Positions 62,601 through 64,000 of a stretch of DNA of 64,000 bases are shown piece by piece. Position 1 is the stretch's first letter. Every line of letters starts with the position of its first letter. Made by a program: the position numbers and the translations under genes. The stretch lies in contig MU057880.1 of assembly GCA_013265495.1 (NCBI GenBank), positions 2,200,527-2,264,526 on the forward strand. The letters run 5' to 3'. Source of the stretch: Vicugna vicugna. Lineage: Eukaryota. The notes below the pieces were generated by a model. It had not been told where the DNA came from, did not search any database, and saw only the letters and a list, made by a program, of their open reading frames with translations.

Positions 62601-64000
62601 GCGATTGGTTTACAAGGATTTTAAAAAAAGTAGCTCTTGTTATACTTGGTTCAGAAGTTTAACCTACTTGAGGAATTCTGAAGCCTGGTTTTATAATTGG
62701 AGCTATTATAAAGGAACAGAGAATTATAGGCATTTTGAGCAAATCATGTCAAGGTTTGTTTTGTCTCATGAGCTTCCTACGTTATTATATTCTTCTGCCC
62801 AGACCGTCCCACAGCGTGCTCTCCACCATAGTGGTGCTACTGGATCCTTCTACCATACCATAATACGCACAGTCAGGTCTGCACACTGCCTGTCATACCT
62901 CTCATCTGGCACAGAAAAATTAAGCTCTGGGCTAACTAAAACAAGTCTCGATCTTGGAATTGTGGTAAGAAAGGGAACCGTGAGAAGAATATCTCAAAAT
63001 TCTCCTTGTTTAAAATGGATATATGTGTGATTCTCAAGTCTGACCAAGAGAATGGGGATTCTTTTTTTAAAACAAGTACTTGACTTTTGATTTCAGAAAG
63101 GGAAAAATAGCTTCTTCCCTGAATGTGATCAGCTCTTTGGATGAAATCTTGCAGTTGCCTGCAGTTTTATTTTAGGGATCTCAACGGGATGGTGAAGTCA
63201 TTCCAAATATGAATTTAGTACAACTCAGGCCCACGGAAACAGATTTGATGGCATCGCAAGAGGGTGCTGACATCTTTGCTTATAATATAGTGAGGGACTT
63301 GGATCAATTCCTTTTAGGTGAGCTGTCCTCAGAAAGCAGCGGTGGGCGGAAGTTAACCCACATGCCATCCTCTTTACCCACTAAATGTTCTTTATAAATG
63401 TGTCTGCAGGTGAAATGTGGGCTTTACTCCTGCGTTCAGCCAGTCGACAAATGTTTGTTTATTAATTATCTGTCGTGGGTGAGGTGCTTTGTTATACTTT
63501 GGGGGTTACATTAGTCAAAGAACAATGAAAATAAAACAACTGCCTCAGCAAAGTCCAGGATCCTTTAAGAGTTTATTAATTAAATCACACAGATACGTTA
63601 AAAACTACGTAATCCAGTAAATAAATGAATATGCATGTGAGACTGTGTTCATTGTGAAAGATAAACAGTTTTTGCTTTTAGTATAGCTTCATTTTTCTGT
63701 ACTTTTTAACCGTAATAATAATGCATCTTTTAAATGCTCTTATCTTCTCTAAATTAATGTGGAATTTGTCATTTGTGAAAGAGTACCAAATTCTGGAAGA
63801 ATATTTACAGTTAGAAGTACAATTAATATCAACTCTCCTGTGCCAAGCAGTGGCATGAAGCCAGAATCCACCAAACGAATAATAATTGGTGAAAATGTCT
63901 CCCACTTCATTGGTAGGATTAGAAACACCCCACAAATAGCCCATTAGAAAGTGGTTAAGCAGAAAAAAGTTACTAGGATTATTCTTTTGTATTTTTATTG

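Noticed and set aside
234..63947. ORF-track entries as protein-coding genes
   Set aside because: All are short (up to 166 aa), overlap on both strands, many lie within repeats, and none resembles a cellular protein I recognise.

Overview
Mammalian genomic DNA, most likely camelid (alpaca/llama/camel). This assignment rests on seven copies of a tRNA-derived SINE matching my recollection of the Camelidae vic-1 SINE, plus many cetartiodactyl-type L1 3' ends. I cannot support any intact protein-coding gene. The only ORF-track entries I recognise are decayed L1 ORF2 C-terminal fragments, and the rest look like chance ORFs. The window is a repeat-rich mosaic of L1 fragments, vic-1 SINEs, ERV1/MaLR/ERVL LTRs, TcMar and hAT DNA-transposon relics, and MIR/L2, separated by a few repeat-poor islands. 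Element orientation and splice signals suggest an intron or 5' region of a + strand gene that I cannot name. The clearest sequence-level oddities are: a perfect templated insertion flanked by a 27-bp duplication (18928-19030); two L1 insertions with twin-priming-type inversions; an RFX X-box abutting a CRE-like site; an ETS/AP-1 composite; a candidate 5' exon with a perfect donor; and a palindromic AT-rich 50-bp tandem repeat. I do not see a novel multi-gene system. Repeat family names come from recalled consensus similarity, not from a search, and boundaries without target-site duplications (TSDs) are approximate.
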